DNA of 64,000 nucleotides from an uncultured Eubacteriales bacterium (lineage in GTDB: Bacteria; Bacillota; Clostridia; Christensenellales; Borkfalkiaceae), in NCBI GenBank assembly GCA_958421945.1, contig CATZMZ010000008.1, positions 10,278 through 74,277 of the forward strand, given 5' to 3'. A program made the translations under genes and the position numbers. Within the stretch, counting starts at the first letter, position 1; each line of letters begins with the position of its first letter. Below the pieces are notes generated by a model. The model did not search any database, was not told where the DNA came from, and saw only the letters and a program-made list of their open reading frames with translations. Positions 7,281 through 17,362 of the stretch are shown here, piece after piece.

Positions 7281-9683
7281 ATGAAAGTTCCATTTTCTTG
7301 GCTTAAAGAGTACGTCGATATAACTTGCACGCCGAAAGAGCTTGAAGCAAAGCTTTTTTCATGCGGGTTCGAGGTGGAAGAATATATAGAAGTTGCCGAT
7401 AAAATAAATAAAATCGTTACCTGCAAAATTCTCGAAATCGAAAAACATCCGAATGCCGACAAGCTTTCGGTAACGCAAGTCGACGCGGGCAAATACGGAA
7501 AGCTTCAGATTATTACGTCGGCAAAAAACGTTAGCGTTGGCGATATCGTTCCCGTTGCGGTCGACGGGGCTACCCTTGCTAACGGCGAACGTATTTTTAA
7601 CGGCGAGCTTCGCGGTTTGCCGTCTTACGGAATGTTTTGCGGCGGCGAAGAAATAGGCATTAACGACGACTGGTACGACGGTGCTTCCGCTAACGGGGTT
7701 TTAATCTTTAAAGAAGATTATCCGCTTGGAGAGGAAGTTAAAAATATACTTGAGCTAGGGGACGTTATGTTTGACATAAACGTAACCGCAAACCGCCCTG
7801 ATTGTCAATCGATTTTAGGAATTGCAAGAGAGGTTGCGGCGGTACTTGGTAAACCGTTTAAGATGCCTGATTTAAGCTATAAATGCAACGCCGCGGTTTC
7901 GACAAAAAACACGGTTAAAGTTAAGGTTCTCGATCATGAGCTATGTCCGAGATATAAAGCTCATCTCGTAACCAACGTTAAGCTCGGTCAGTCCCCGCAG
8001 TGGCTTAAACGCAGGCTTTTCCTTATGGGATTAAGGTCTATTAACAATATCGTCGATATAACTAACTACGTATTGCTTGAAATAGGTCAGCCGATGCACG
8101 CGTTTGACTTAAATGATATAAGCGGAAACGAAATTATAGTTCGTCGTGCCGATAAGAACGAAAAAATCGTTACTCTCGACAAAAAAGAGTTTAATCTTAA
8201 CGAAGAAAATCTCGTTATTTGCGATAAAGATAAGCCTGTCGCGCTTGCGGGCGTTATGGGCGGACTAAACAGCGAAATTAAAGACGATACGGTTACCGTT
8301 TTGTTTGAATCCGCAAAGTTTGCACGCGACAATATAAGAAAAACGTCGAGGGCGTTAGGTCAACGCAGCGATTCTTCCGCACGATATGAAAAGGGCGTCG
8401 ATTATTTGTCCGTTGAAAACGGTATGAAACGTGCGCTTAATCTTATAACGACTCTCGGGTGCGGCGAAGCGGCTTGCGACGAATACGACGTTCTGGATAA
8501 ACCTTTGTCGGAAAAGGTTATTAAAACGAGCGTAAGCAGGGTAAACGGCGTTCTAGGATTAGATATTTCCGCCGATAGAATAAGAAATATTCTCGAAAGT
8601 CTCAATTTCGGCGTTAAAATCGAAAACGATAATCTTTTCGTTACCGTTCCGCTTTACAGAGAAGATATGGAAAGCTATCAGGATATTGCCGAAGAAATAA
8701 TCAGGGAATACGGTTATGATCATATAACGCCCACTCTTCTCGCCTCGTCCGAAATTACGAGCGGCGGAAGAAACACGGCTCAAAAAACGAGCGAATCACT
8801 CAAAGAGCTTTTAGTAGGTTTTGGTTTTAACGAAATTATTACCTATTCCTTCGTGCCTGAAAAGGACTATAAAACCTTTGAAATAGACACAACTCTGCCC
8901 GAAAACGCTTACGTTAAAATTCTCAATCCGATAAGCGAAGATTTGGCGGTTATGAGAACTTCGCTCGTTCCGTCTATGGTGAGAACCGTGGCGTATAACC
9001 TTAACAGAAAGAATTTTGACGCAAGACTTTTCGAGCTTGCTAAAATTTATCACCCCAAATCGTTGCCTCTTACGGAATTAGCCGACGAAGAAACCATTTT
9101 ATGCTGTTCTTTATTCGGTGACGAAGAAGATTTCTTTACGGCAAAAGGGGTTACGGAGTCGATATTTGACGCATTCTGTTTCGGAGCGGAAATTAAATAC
9201 GTAAAATCTTCCAAAAAATATCTGCACCCGACGCGTTCCACCGATATTTTGTTAAACGGTAAGCTTGTCGGCTCGGTCGGTCAGCTTAATCCCGTTACCG
9301 CAGACAAAGTAGGGATAGAAAAACCCGTATACGTTATCGAAATAAGCTACGATAAAATGTCAGAGTTTTTTAACGGTAAAATCGTGTTTAAGACCGTTTC
9401 GAAATTCCCGAGCGTTGAAAGAGACCTTGCCGTTTCCGTGAGTGAAGACGTTGCTTGCGGCGACGTGATTGACGTTATTAAATCGTCTGCTGGCGAGTTT
9501 TTGGAAAGCGTTTCCGTATTTGACGTTTATCAGGGCGACCAGATTGAAAAAGGTAAAAAGAGTCTTGCCTTTAATTTACTGTATTCTTCAACCGAAAGAA
9601 CGATAAACGCTTCGGAAATCGATGATTCGATAAAAAATATTTTACAGAGTCTTAAAGAAAAATTAAACGCGGAATTGAGATGA
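7281..9683 (+). CDS. pheT: Phenylalanine--tRNA ligase beta subunit
   Basis: 800 aa with MKVPFSWLKEYVD..., a tRNA-binding domain, and B3/4, B5 and FDX-ACB domains typical of PheT. Confidence 0.95.
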   Translation: MKVPFSWLKEYVDITCTPKELEAKLFSCGFEVEEYIEVADKINKIVTCKILEIEKHPNADKLSVTQVDAGKYGKLQIITSAKNVSVGDIVPVAVDGATLANGERIFNGELRGLPSYGMFCGGEEIGINDDWYDGASANGVLIFKEDYPLGEEVKNILELGDVMFDINVTANRPDCQSILGIAREVAAVLGKPFKMPDLSYKCNAAVSTKNTVKVKVLDHELCPRYKAHLVTNVKLGQSPQWLKRRLFLMGLRSINNIVDITNYVLLEIGQPMHAFDLNDISGNEIIVRRADKNEKIVTLDKKEFNLNEENLVICDKDKPVALAGVMGGLNSEIKDDTVTVLFESAKFARDNIRKTSRALGQRSDSSARYEKGVDYLSVENGMKRALNLITTLGCGEAACDEYDVLDKPLSEKVIKTSVSRVNGVLGLDISADRIRNILESLNFGVKIENDNLFVTVPLYREDMESYQDIAEEIIREYGYDHITPTLLASSEITSGGRNTAQKTSESLKELLVGFGFNEIITYSFVPEKDYKTFEIDTTLPENAYVKILNPISEDLAVMRTSLVPSMVRTVAYNLNRKNFDARLFELAKIYHPKSLPLTELADEETILCCSLFGDEEDFFTAKGVTESIFDAFCFGAEIKYVKSSKKYLHPTRSTDILLNGKLVGSVGQLNPVTADKVGIEKPVYVIEISYDKMSEFFNGKIVFKTVSKFPSVERDLAVSVSEDVACGDVIDVIKSSAGEFLESVSVFDVYQGDQIEKGKKSLAFNLLYSSTERTINASEIDDSIKNILQSLKEKLNAELR

Positions 9684-9708
9684 TTTGCAGCGTTAAACGT
9701 GATTAGTT

Positions 9709-12066
9709 ATGATTTCGGAAAAGACGATAAAAGCGATTGAATTCGACAAAATACTCGAACGCGTAAGCGAATACGCGGTACTTGAAAGGACGAAAAGCGA
9801 AATTCTCGGCTTTTCGCCTTTGACGAGCCTTGCGGAGGCAAAAAGCAGTTTGTCCCGCACGGAGGAAGCATTTAAGCTTTTGTATAAATACGGTGTCGGG
9901 GGCGTTTATTTTTTCGCGGACGTTTCCGAAGAGTTAAAGCGTGTTGATATGGGCGGCGTTCTTAACAACGCCGAGCTGTTGCGTATAGCGGAAAACTTAA
10001 AAAGCGCGCGCGTTATGAAAACCGCCGTCGCGTCCGTAAACGATAGTTCAATCGTTCAGATTAAAGAAATATGCTCTCGTTTATACGTTAACCACGAATT
10101 TGAAAAGGAAATCACTTCCAAGATTTTATCTGAGGACGAAATCAGCGATAACGCTTCTCCAAAGCTTTATTCCATTCGAAAAAGCATAAGGGATATCAAC
10201 GCAAAAATACGCAATCAGTTAAACGCATATATGCACGGAAGCCTTGGCAAAATTATGCAGGATTCCGTCGTTACGATGCGGCAAAACAGATACGTGATTC
10301 CGATTAAAAGCGAATACAGAAGCCAGATTAAAGGCTTTATTCACGACCAGTCCGCTTCGGGTGCTACCGTTTTTATCGAACCCGAAATAGTTATTGAACT
10401 GAATAACGACTTGAAACGCGCAACTTTCGACGAACAGGAAGAAATCAGAAAAATCTTGCAATTACTGTCGGAAAAGGTTACGTTTATGTCTGACGCAATG
10501 AGATATAACGCCGAAAATATCGTTGAAATCGACAACGCTTTTGCAAGGGCTGCTTATTCGTTTAAGAATAAATGCACGATACCGGAATTAAACGATAGAG
10601 GCGTAATCGACATTAAAAAGGGAAGGCATCCGCTTATTTCCGAAAACAAGGTCGTACCCGTTACCGTGAGGTTAGGAAAGGATTATAATTTTCTTTTGAT
10701 AACCGGACCTAATACGGGCGGAAAAACCGTAACCTTAAAGCTTGTGGGGCTTTTTGCGCTTATGGCGGCGTCGGGATTATATATTCCCGCGGAGGATGAA
10801 AGCGTCATTTCCGTTTTTAACGGAGTGTATTCCGATATAGGTGACGAGCAAAGCATCGAGCAAGATCTATCAACCTTTTCCTCACACATAAAAAATCTAA
10901 TTGATATTTTAAATAGTATTGACGACAAAAGCCTTGTTCTTATTGACGAAATAGGCGCAGGGACAGACCCCGAGGAAGGGAGCGCGCTTGCCCTTGCGAT
11001 TATCGGCAAGCTTTTAAAACTTAATTGTTTCGGTATCGTAACCACTCACTATTCAAAGCTTAAAGAATTTGCATTTACTAACGAAAAAATCAGAAATGCG
11101 TCGATGGAATTCGATTCCAAAACGCTAAAACCTTTATATAAAATAAATATAGGCATACCCGGCAGTTCTAACGCGATTGAAATTTCTAAAACTTTGGGAC
11201 TCTCACCCGACATAATTAATGAAGCTTCTTCTTATTTGTCTACCGAAAAAGTTTCTTTTGAAAACATTTTAAGAAAGGCGGAAGAAGAAAGGCTGTCCGC
11301 CGAGAACGAAAAAACGGAACTTGAAAAGCTGCGAGAAGAAAAGCTTTCGGAGCTTAAAACGATTAAAGACGAAAAAGAGAAAATACTTAAAGAACGCGAA
11401 AAAATTTATCAGACAGCCAAGCAGGAAACGAAAAGGATAGTCGCCGAAAAGCTATCGGAGGCAGAAGAAATTATAGACGAACTTAAAGGAATCTTACGTG
11501 CCGTAGGATTAGAAAGCAGTGAAATCGTCCGCGCGAGCGCATTAAAAAACCGGCTTAAAGACAGTCGTTATCTTTACGTAGACGACAACGACGAGCCGCT
11601 TGAATTGAAAAAAGTCGATTCAAGTTTAAGCGTCGGCGACAAGGTATACGTCAAATCGCTCGGTTCTTATGCTAAAATTATTAAAATTAAAAAGGAAAAA
11701 GGCGAAGCGGAGGTTTTGATAGGCGATATTAAAACGCTCGTAAAACTTAAAGATGTTTATAATAACGAAAAAGATTCGGAATGCAAGGAAATTAAGGTTA
11801 ACAGACCGAAATATGCCGAACAACCGAAAGCAGAATTAAACGTTGTCGGTAAAACCTCGCTCGAAGCAATTACGGAATTACAAAATTTTATCGATCAAGC
11901 CGTTAAATTCAACCTTGAAGAGATTAAGGTTATTCACGGTGTTGGCGAGGGGATTCTTTTGAAAGCCGTGAGAAATTATCTAAAAACTGATAAAAACGTT
12001 AAAGAATATCGTCGCGGCAGGTACGGCGAGGGCGAAAACGGCGTAACCATTATTACGTTAAAGTAA
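9709..12066 (+). CDS. mutS2: Endonuclease MutS2 (MutS domain V plus C-terminal Smr domain)
   Basis: 785 aa with Walker A ITGPNTGGKT, DEIGAGTDP, a long coiled-coil, and a C-terminal Smr domain (LNVVGKT...IKVIHGVGEGILLKAV). Confidence 0.92.
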   Translation: MISEKTIKAIEFDKILERVSEYAVLERTKSEILGFSPLTSLAEAKSSLSRTEEAFKLLYKYGVGGVYFFADVSEELKRVDMGGVLNNAELLRIAENLKSARVMKTAVASVNDSSIVQIKEICSRLYVNHEFEKEITSKILSEDEISDNASPKLYSIRKSIRDINAKIRNQLNAYMHGSLGKIMQDSVVTMRQNRYVIPIKSEYRSQIKGFIHDQSASGATVFIEPEIVIELNNDLKRATFDEQEEIRKILQLLSEKVTFMSDAMRYNAENIVEIDNAFARAAYSFKNKCTIPELNDRGVIDIKKGRHPLISENKVVPVTVRLGKDYNFLLITGPNTGGKTVTLKLVGLFALMAASGLYIPAEDESVISVFNGVYSDIGDEQSIEQDLSTFSSHIKNLIDILNSIDDKSLVLIDEIGAGTDPEEGSALALAIIGKLLKLNCFGIVTTHYSKLKEFAFTNEKIRNASMEFDSKTLKPLYKINIGIPGSSNAIEISKTLGLSPDIINEASSYLSTEKVSFENILRKAEEERLSAENEKTELEKLREEKLSELKTIKDEKEKILKEREKIYQTAKQETKRIVAEKLSEAEEIIDELKGILRAVGLESSEIVRASALKNRLKDSRYLYVDDNDEPLELKKVDSSLSVGDKVYVKSLGSYAKIIKIKKEKGEAEVLIGDIKTLVKLKDVYNNEKDSECKEIKVNRPKYAEQPKAELNVVGKTSLEAITELQNFIDQAVKFNLEEIKVIHGVGEGILLKAVRNYLKTDKNVKEYRRGRYGEGENGVTIITLK

Positions 12067-12077
12067 GGGAGATTTTT

Positions 12078-12677
12078 ATGCAGGAAGTTTTTTATGAAGA
12101 AACCGCGTTGACGCAAAACGAAGCGCCGGCAAAAAGAAAATATTACGTCGCAAAAATTTTCATGGTCGTGTCTTACGTTTTTGCGGTTTTATGGGGAATT
12201 TTAAGCTTTACGTTCATCATCGACGTGAAACATTTACTTTCGTCGTTGATTTTCGCGCTTATTCCACTCGCAATGTTTATCGCGTCGGGCATTATTTTGG
12301 GTAAATTTAAGGACAAATTTTACGTTGATTACGACTATACGCTTATTACGGGTTCGCTGAGGTTTTCCAAGGTTATAAAAAATTATAAACGCAAGCATAT
12401 TATCAATTTCGACGCGTCCGATATCGAAAAAATAGGACTTTACGGTTCGGAAAGTTACGAAAGGTATTCATTGATGCCCGACTTGAAAGCTATGATTTTG
12501 ACCTCTAACGAAACGCCGTGCGACGGAAAAGATTTTTATTATATCGTTGCGAATTTCGGCGGCGATAAACACATGCTTGTGCTGGAATGTTCGGAAACGT
12601 TTATCGTGAATATCCTTAAATTTACTAACAGGTCTATACTTGACCCCGAATTAGTGAAGAAAAAACAACAAAAATAA
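12078..12677 (+). CDS. Hypothetical membrane protein (2 TM helices plus a soluble C-terminal domain)
   Basis: 199-aa ORF, translationally close to mutS2 (11-nt gap). I do not recognise a family. Confidence 0.55.
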   Translation: MQEVFYEETALTQNEAPAKRKYYVAKIFMVVSYVFAVLWGILSFTFIIDVKHLLSSLIFALIPLAMFIASGIILGKFKDKFYVDYDYTLITGSLRFSKVIKNYKRKHIINFDASDIEKIGLYGSESYERYSLMPDLKAMILTSNETPCDGKDFYYIVANFGGDKHMLVLECSETFIVNILKFTNRSILDPELVKKKQQK

Positions 12678-12710
12678 CTTGCGTATAGTTAAGTTTTCGG
12701 TAAATAAACT

Positions 12711-13838
12711 ATGATATATTTTGATAATGCCGCTACGACAAAACCGTCGGAACGCGCTTTAAAGCAAGCGGCGGCTTTTAACGACGAATACTTTTTTAAT
12801 CCATCCGCATTATATCGCGGCGGACTGTTTTGTCATAACGCCCTTGCCGACGCAAAAGCGTCGATTTTGAAAAACCTAGGGCTTTCGGAGAATAAATACG
12901 AGACGATTTTTACGTCTTGCGGTTCGGAAAGCGACAATACAGCTATTTTCGGTGCGGTTAAACGCGGAACGTTCGTTACGGATAAGGGCGAACATTCAGC
13001 TGTTATAAAATGCTTTAACGAACTGAAAAATCGTGGGCATAACGTGTTTTTTTGCGGTCTTAACAAAAACGGCAGCGTCAACGAGGACGAATTACTTGAT
13101 TTTGTTTCTAAAAACAAAACCGATTTTGTGTCCATTATGCACGTCAATAATGAAACGGGCGCGATAAACGACGTAAACTCGATTTCGGAAAAAATTAAAA
13201 AGCTTTCGCCTGACGTCGTTTTTCACTCCGACGGAGTTCAGGCGTACGGCAAGATTAAAAACGTTTTATCGGATAATATCGATTTATACTCTATAAGCGC
13301 GCATAAAATAAACGGATTAAAGGGAACAGGCGCACTCGTAAAGAAGAAAAGATTGAACGTTTCGCCGTTGATTTTTGGAGGCGGACAGGAAAACGGATTA
13401 AGAAGCGGTACGGAAAACGTTTTCGGGATAAAAGTTTTTCAGTACGCAGGTGAAGAACACTACGAAAAAATCAACGAAAATTTTACTCGTGTTTCAGAGG
13501 TGAAAAATTATATTTTGAACAATCTCGATTCGGATTCGTTCCGTATTATTTCCGATGATAATACGAGTCCTTATATTCTTTCGGTTTCAGCCGTAGGGTT
13601 AAAGGGTGAGGTTTTTATGCACTCGCTTGAAGAAAAACAAATTATCGTCGGCAACGGTTCGGCGTGTTCCGCGAAAAATAAATTCAGCAGAGTTATCGAG
13701 GCTTGCGGATATAGGAAGAACGTTCTCGACGGGGTTATCAGATTAAGTTTTTCAGCCGAAAACACTCTCGAAGAAGCAAAATACTTCGTACAATGCGCCA
13801 ACGAAATCGCCACTAACTTAAAAAGGATTATGAGATAA
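12711..13838 (+). CDS. Cysteine desulfurase (class V aminotransferase, NifS/NifZ-like), partner of ThiI
   Basis: 375 aa with IYFDNAATT..., the PLP-lysine motif SISAHKINGLKGTGAL, and RSGTENV. It overlaps the thiI start, as in the Bacillus nifZ-thiI pair. Confidence 0.88.
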   Translation: MIYFDNAATTKPSERALKQAAAFNDEYFFNPSALYRGGLFCHNALADAKASILKNLGLSENKYETIFTSCGSESDNTAIFGAVKRGTFVTDKGEHSAVIKCFNELKNRGHNVFFCGLNKNGSVNEDELLDFVSKNKTDFVSIMHVNNETGAINDVNSISEKIKKLSPDVVFHSDGVQAYGKIKNVLSDNIDLYSISAHKINGLKGTGALVKKKRLNVSPLIFGGGQENGLRSGTENVFGIKVFQYAGEEHYEKINENFTRVSEVKNYILNNLDSDSFRIISDDNTSPYILSVSAVGLKGEVFMHSLEEKQIIVGNGSACSAKNKFSRVIEACGYRKNVLDGVIRLSFSAENTLEEAKYFVQCANEIATNLKRIMR

Positions 13839-14995
13839 TGGAAAAAGCTGTTATAGTAAGATATTGCGAAATTCACTTAAAAGGGAAAAACCGCGGATAT
13901 TTTGAAAAAATGTTACAAACGAATATACAGAAATCGCTTTCGGATATAAAGCATACTTTTAAAGTTATGCACAGCAGATATCTCATTGAAAATTATGACG
14001 AAAACGATTATCCGTTGATTATCGAAAAACTCGGGAAAATCGCAGGGATTCATTCAGTCAGTCCGTCGCTTGTCGTTCGAAGCGATTACGAAACGATAAA
14101 AGAAGCCGCTTTTAATTTGTGCTTTAATAAAACGGGGACGTTTAAGGTGGTAACGAACCGTGCGGATAAAACCTTCCCCATGGATTCGATGGCATTTTCG
14201 CGCAAGCTTGGCGGTGATATTTTGGAAAGTTTTTCGGGTTTAAGCGTTGACGTCAAAAATCCGTCGTTTTCAGTCTGCGTGGACATCAGAGAGGACGGAA
14301 AAACTTTCGTTTACACGGAGATTATTCATTGTTTAAGCGGTATGCCGGTAGGCTCTGCGGGCAAAGGGTTATTGCTTATTTCCGGCGGAATCGATAGTCC
14401 CGTTGCAGGTTATCTTACGTGCAAACGCGGAATGAAAATTGATTGTTTGCATTTTCACAGTTTTCCTTACACGGGGGAAGCCGCAAAACAAAAAGTTATC
14501 GATTTGACGAAACGAATAGGCGATTTTAACGGCGGAATAAGGCTATACGTCGTGTCGTTTACGCATATCCAGGAAGCAATACACAAAAACTGTCCTGAAG
14601 AGTTTATGATTACGCTTATGCGCAGATTTATGATGAGGATTGCCGAAAGGCTTGCAAAAAGACTTGGCGACCAAGCCATTATAACGGGTGAAAGCCTCGG
14701 GCAGGTTGCAAGTCAAACGATTGAAAGTATCACGTCGTCTAATTCGGTTGTAGAAACGCTGCCCGTTTTAAGACCGCTTATTATGTTTGACAAACTTGAT
14801 ATTATAGAAATTTCCAAGAAAATTGACACTTACGATACGTCTGTTTTGCCTTACGAAGATTGCTGTACGGTATTTTTACCGAAATTTCCCGCTATAAAAC
14901 CCGACTTAAATAAGGTTATAAAAGCCGAAAGCAGACTGGACGTGGAGGCGTTGATATCGGAAGCATTAAACGGGATTGAAATGATAGAATTATAA
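13838..14995 (+). CDS. thiI: tRNA uracil 4-sulfurtransferase ThiI
   Basis: 385 aa with a THUMP region and the PP-loop SGGIDSPVAGY. Confidence 0.9.
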   Translation: MEKAVIVRYCEIHLKGKNRGYFEKMLQTNIQKSLSDIKHTFKVMHSRYLIENYDENDYPLIIEKLGKIAGIHSVSPSLVVRSDYETIKEAAFNLCFNKTGTFKVVTNRADKTFPMDSMAFSRKLGGDILESFSGLSVDVKNPSFSVCVDIREDGKTFVYTEIIHCLSGMPVGSAGKGLLLISGGIDSPVAGYLTCKRGMKIDCLHFHSFPYTGEAAKQKVIDLTKRIGDFNGGIRLYVVSFTHIQEAIHKNCPEEFMITLMRRFMMRIAERLAKRLGDQAIITGESLGQVASQTIESITSSNSVVETLPVLRPLIMFDKLDIIEISKKIDTYDTSVLPYEDCCTVFLPKFPAIKPDLNKVIKAESRLDVEALISEALNGIEMIEL

Positions 14996-14996
14996 T

Positions 14997-17219
14997 TTAA
15001 GAAAACTCATCGTTCCACCATTGCGTAGGGGCGTCAGACGGGATTTTACTTATTTTAACCGTTCCTATCAAATTTTTTTCTCCGCATATTTCTTTGTCGT
15101 TGTTTATAAAGTAGGGAACGAGGAAGTATTTAATTTCCTTGTTTACTTTTATTATATCCTTAATCTCGTTTTTTCTCTTTTCTTTTTTTGTATCGTAAAT
15201 TATTGTTTCATTGCCGTTTTCTTCCTTAATTATTCTTGCCTCGATATATTGTGTCTGACATAAAGATATTGTGATTTCATTGTTATTTACTTGCAATTTG
15301 ACATTTTCAAGTTTGGGGTTGGAAAAAATTGTGGAAGTAGTTTTCGGGGTGTGATTTTCCGAGAATAATTCTTCAATTTCATAACGCTTCGGTGATAATG
15401 GGTCGGCAAGAATAACCGTTCCGTCTTTCTCATAGCTTATTTTATCTATTTTAAGCAATTCTAATCCCTCGTTAAAATCAAGCTTGGGGGGCGGTGCTGT
15501 TTTGTAAAAATTTTGCCATACGGATATGGATAGTTCGGCAGGTATCGTCCCGCCCGTAATTGAATTATCCAGCAATTCGCCATCGGGATTTCCGCACCAA
15601 ACACCCAAAACGTAATCGTTATTATACGAAATACAATACGCGTCTGTATTGCCGTTGCTGTTTCCCGCTGTTCCTGTTTTTGCGCACAAAGGAATGCCTG
15701 TAAAAGATAATTTTTTTGCCGTACCCTTTTCAACGCACGATTTAAGCGCGTCGTTAATCAGGTTTGCCGTATCCGTACCGAAAATTTTAACCTTCCGTTT
15801 TTCTGTCGAATAAATAGTTTTATCGTTCTCGTCGGTAATTTTTTTAACGCAAGTTGCTCTTGTATAGTTTCCGCCTGTCATAAACGTTCCGTACGCAGAA
15901 ACGATTTCGGAAAGCGTTGCGCCTTTTTCGGTTGCGCCGAGCGCGACGGCAAGCGAATCGTCATTTTCTGTAACGGGTATATCGGTTTTTTTAAGATAAT
16001 AAAGCGAATCTTTTATTCCCGTTTGGTTTAATAATTTAACTGCGCAAACGTTAAGACTTTTTGCAAGCGATTCTTTTACGCTTATTTTGCCGTAATATTT
16101 ATCGTTGAAGTTTGACGGCGAATAGCCCGAAAAGTCTGTTTTTTCATCATATAAAAGAGTGCAGGGGTATACGATTTTATTTTCGTAAGCCGGGGCGTAA
16201 ACGAGGAGCGGCTTAATCGTCGAGCCGAGATTTCTCCTCGTCTGCACGACGGTAGATTTGTATGCGATTATTTCGCCGTTTCTATTCATAACAGTCATTG
16301 CTTTGTTTTTAACGTCAGTTTCTTTCAACGCATTTTGCAAAACGGATTGTTTGTTTTTGTCGAGCGCGGTGAAAACTTTGAATTTTTTGGCCTTATACGC
16401 CGATTTATCGATAAATTCAGCGATTTCCTTATTAACCAGTGACAAATAATCGTTTTCAGCCGCATGCTTTGTCTTTACCGAAACGGTTTTTTCTTTATTT
16501 TCGTTATATTCTTGCTCGCTTAAATAACCCTGCTTAAACATTTCGGCTAAAACGAGATTCTTTCGTCGATTGCATTTTTCCGAATTTGCGCAGGGGGAAT
16601 ACACGGACGGGGCTTTTACGGTTGCCGCAAGCGCCGCGCTTTCGTTTATCGAAAGCATAGAGGGTGTTTTTCCGAAATAAGCTTCGGCAGCTTTCGTAAT
16701 ACCGTAATTGTTGTTTCCGAAATAAATCGTGTTAAGATACTTTTCTAAAATCTCATTTTTATCGTATTTTTTTTCAAGATCTTTTGCTAGCTTAATTTCC
16801 ACAAGCTTTCTTTTGAGGGTTTTTTCGGACGAAAGGTGAGTGTTTTTGATTAGCTGCTGGCTTATGGTAGAAGCGCCCTCCTTAAACGAAAAGCTTTTTA
16901 AGTTGTTAAGCGTGGCGCGCACAAGTGATTTTGCATCCGTTCCTTTATGTGAATAAAATCTTTTATCTTCGATTGCGATAAACGCATTTAAAAGATGATC
17001 GGGCAACTCTTCGATATTCGTAACGGAAACACCGCCCGACTGCTCGTCTATTATTTCGCCGTCCGAATCGTAAAAAATTACTCCGCGTTCGAGATTGACG
17101 AGTTTATTTTCGTCGAGCGAATAGGGTGCGGTCGTTAGAAAATAGAAGACATACCCGCATAAAACAGATGCAAACAAAACGGCAAAAACGAATAACGTAA
17201 CTTTTAATAGCTTTCTCAT
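14997..17219 (-). CDS. Class A penicillin-binding protein (glycosyltransferase GT51 plus transpeptidase)
   Basis: 740 aa with an N-terminal TM helix, GT51 motifs (EDKRFYSHKG, GASTISQQL), and transpeptidase motifs STIKP and KTGTA. Confidence 0.9.
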   Translation of the reverse strand: MRKLLKVTLFVFAVLFASVLCGYVFYFLTTAPYSLDENKLVNLERGVIFYDSDGEIIDEQSGGVSVTNIEELPDHLLNAFIAIEDKRFYSHKGTDAKSLVRATLNNLKSFSFKEGASTISQQLIKNTHLSSEKTLKRKLVEIKLAKDLEKKYDKNEILEKYLNTIYFGNNNYGITKAAEAYFGKTPSMLSINESAALAATVKAPSVYSPCANSEKCNRRKNLVLAEMFKQGYLSEQEYNENKEKTVSVKTKHAAENDYLSLVNKEIAEFIDKSAYKAKKFKVFTALDKNKQSVLQNALKETDVKNKAMTVMNRNGEIIAYKSTVVQTRRNLGSTIKPLLVYAPAYENKIVYPCTLLYDEKTDFSGYSPSNFNDKYYGKISVKESLAKSLNVCAVKLLNQTGIKDSLYYLKKTDIPVTENDDSLAVALGATEKGATLSEIVSAYGTFMTGGNYTRATCVKKITDENDKTIYSTEKRKVKIFGTDTANLINDALKSCVEKGTAKKLSFTGIPLCAKTGTAGNSNGNTDAYCISYNNDYVLGVWCGNPDGELLDNSITGGTIPAELSISVWQNFYKTAPPPKLDFNEGLELLKIDKISYEKDGTVILADPLSPKRYEIEELFSENHTPKTTSTIFSNPKLENVKLQVNNNEITISLCQTQYIEARIIKEENGNETIIYDTKKEKRKNEIKDIIKVNKEIKYFLVPYFINNDKEICGEKNLIGTVKISKIPSDAPTQWWNDEFS

Positions 17220-17326
17220 ACCGTTTTAGTATGGTTAAAACGGGCGATTATATACCGAAAACACGCCTCAATGCCGAGTTAAATTTTCATTTTAACCTAA
17301 AATATCGATAGTAAATACGAAAAAAA

Positions 17327-17353
17327 TTGACAAAATTGTTTAAATAATATAAT
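17327..17353 (+). promoter_or_regulatory. Putative promoter of miaB
   Basis: TTGACA (17327-17332), then TATAAT (17348-17353) at 15-nt spacing. The -10 element ends only 9 nt before the miaB ATG. Confidence 0.35.
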
Positions 17354-17362
17354 ATATTATTT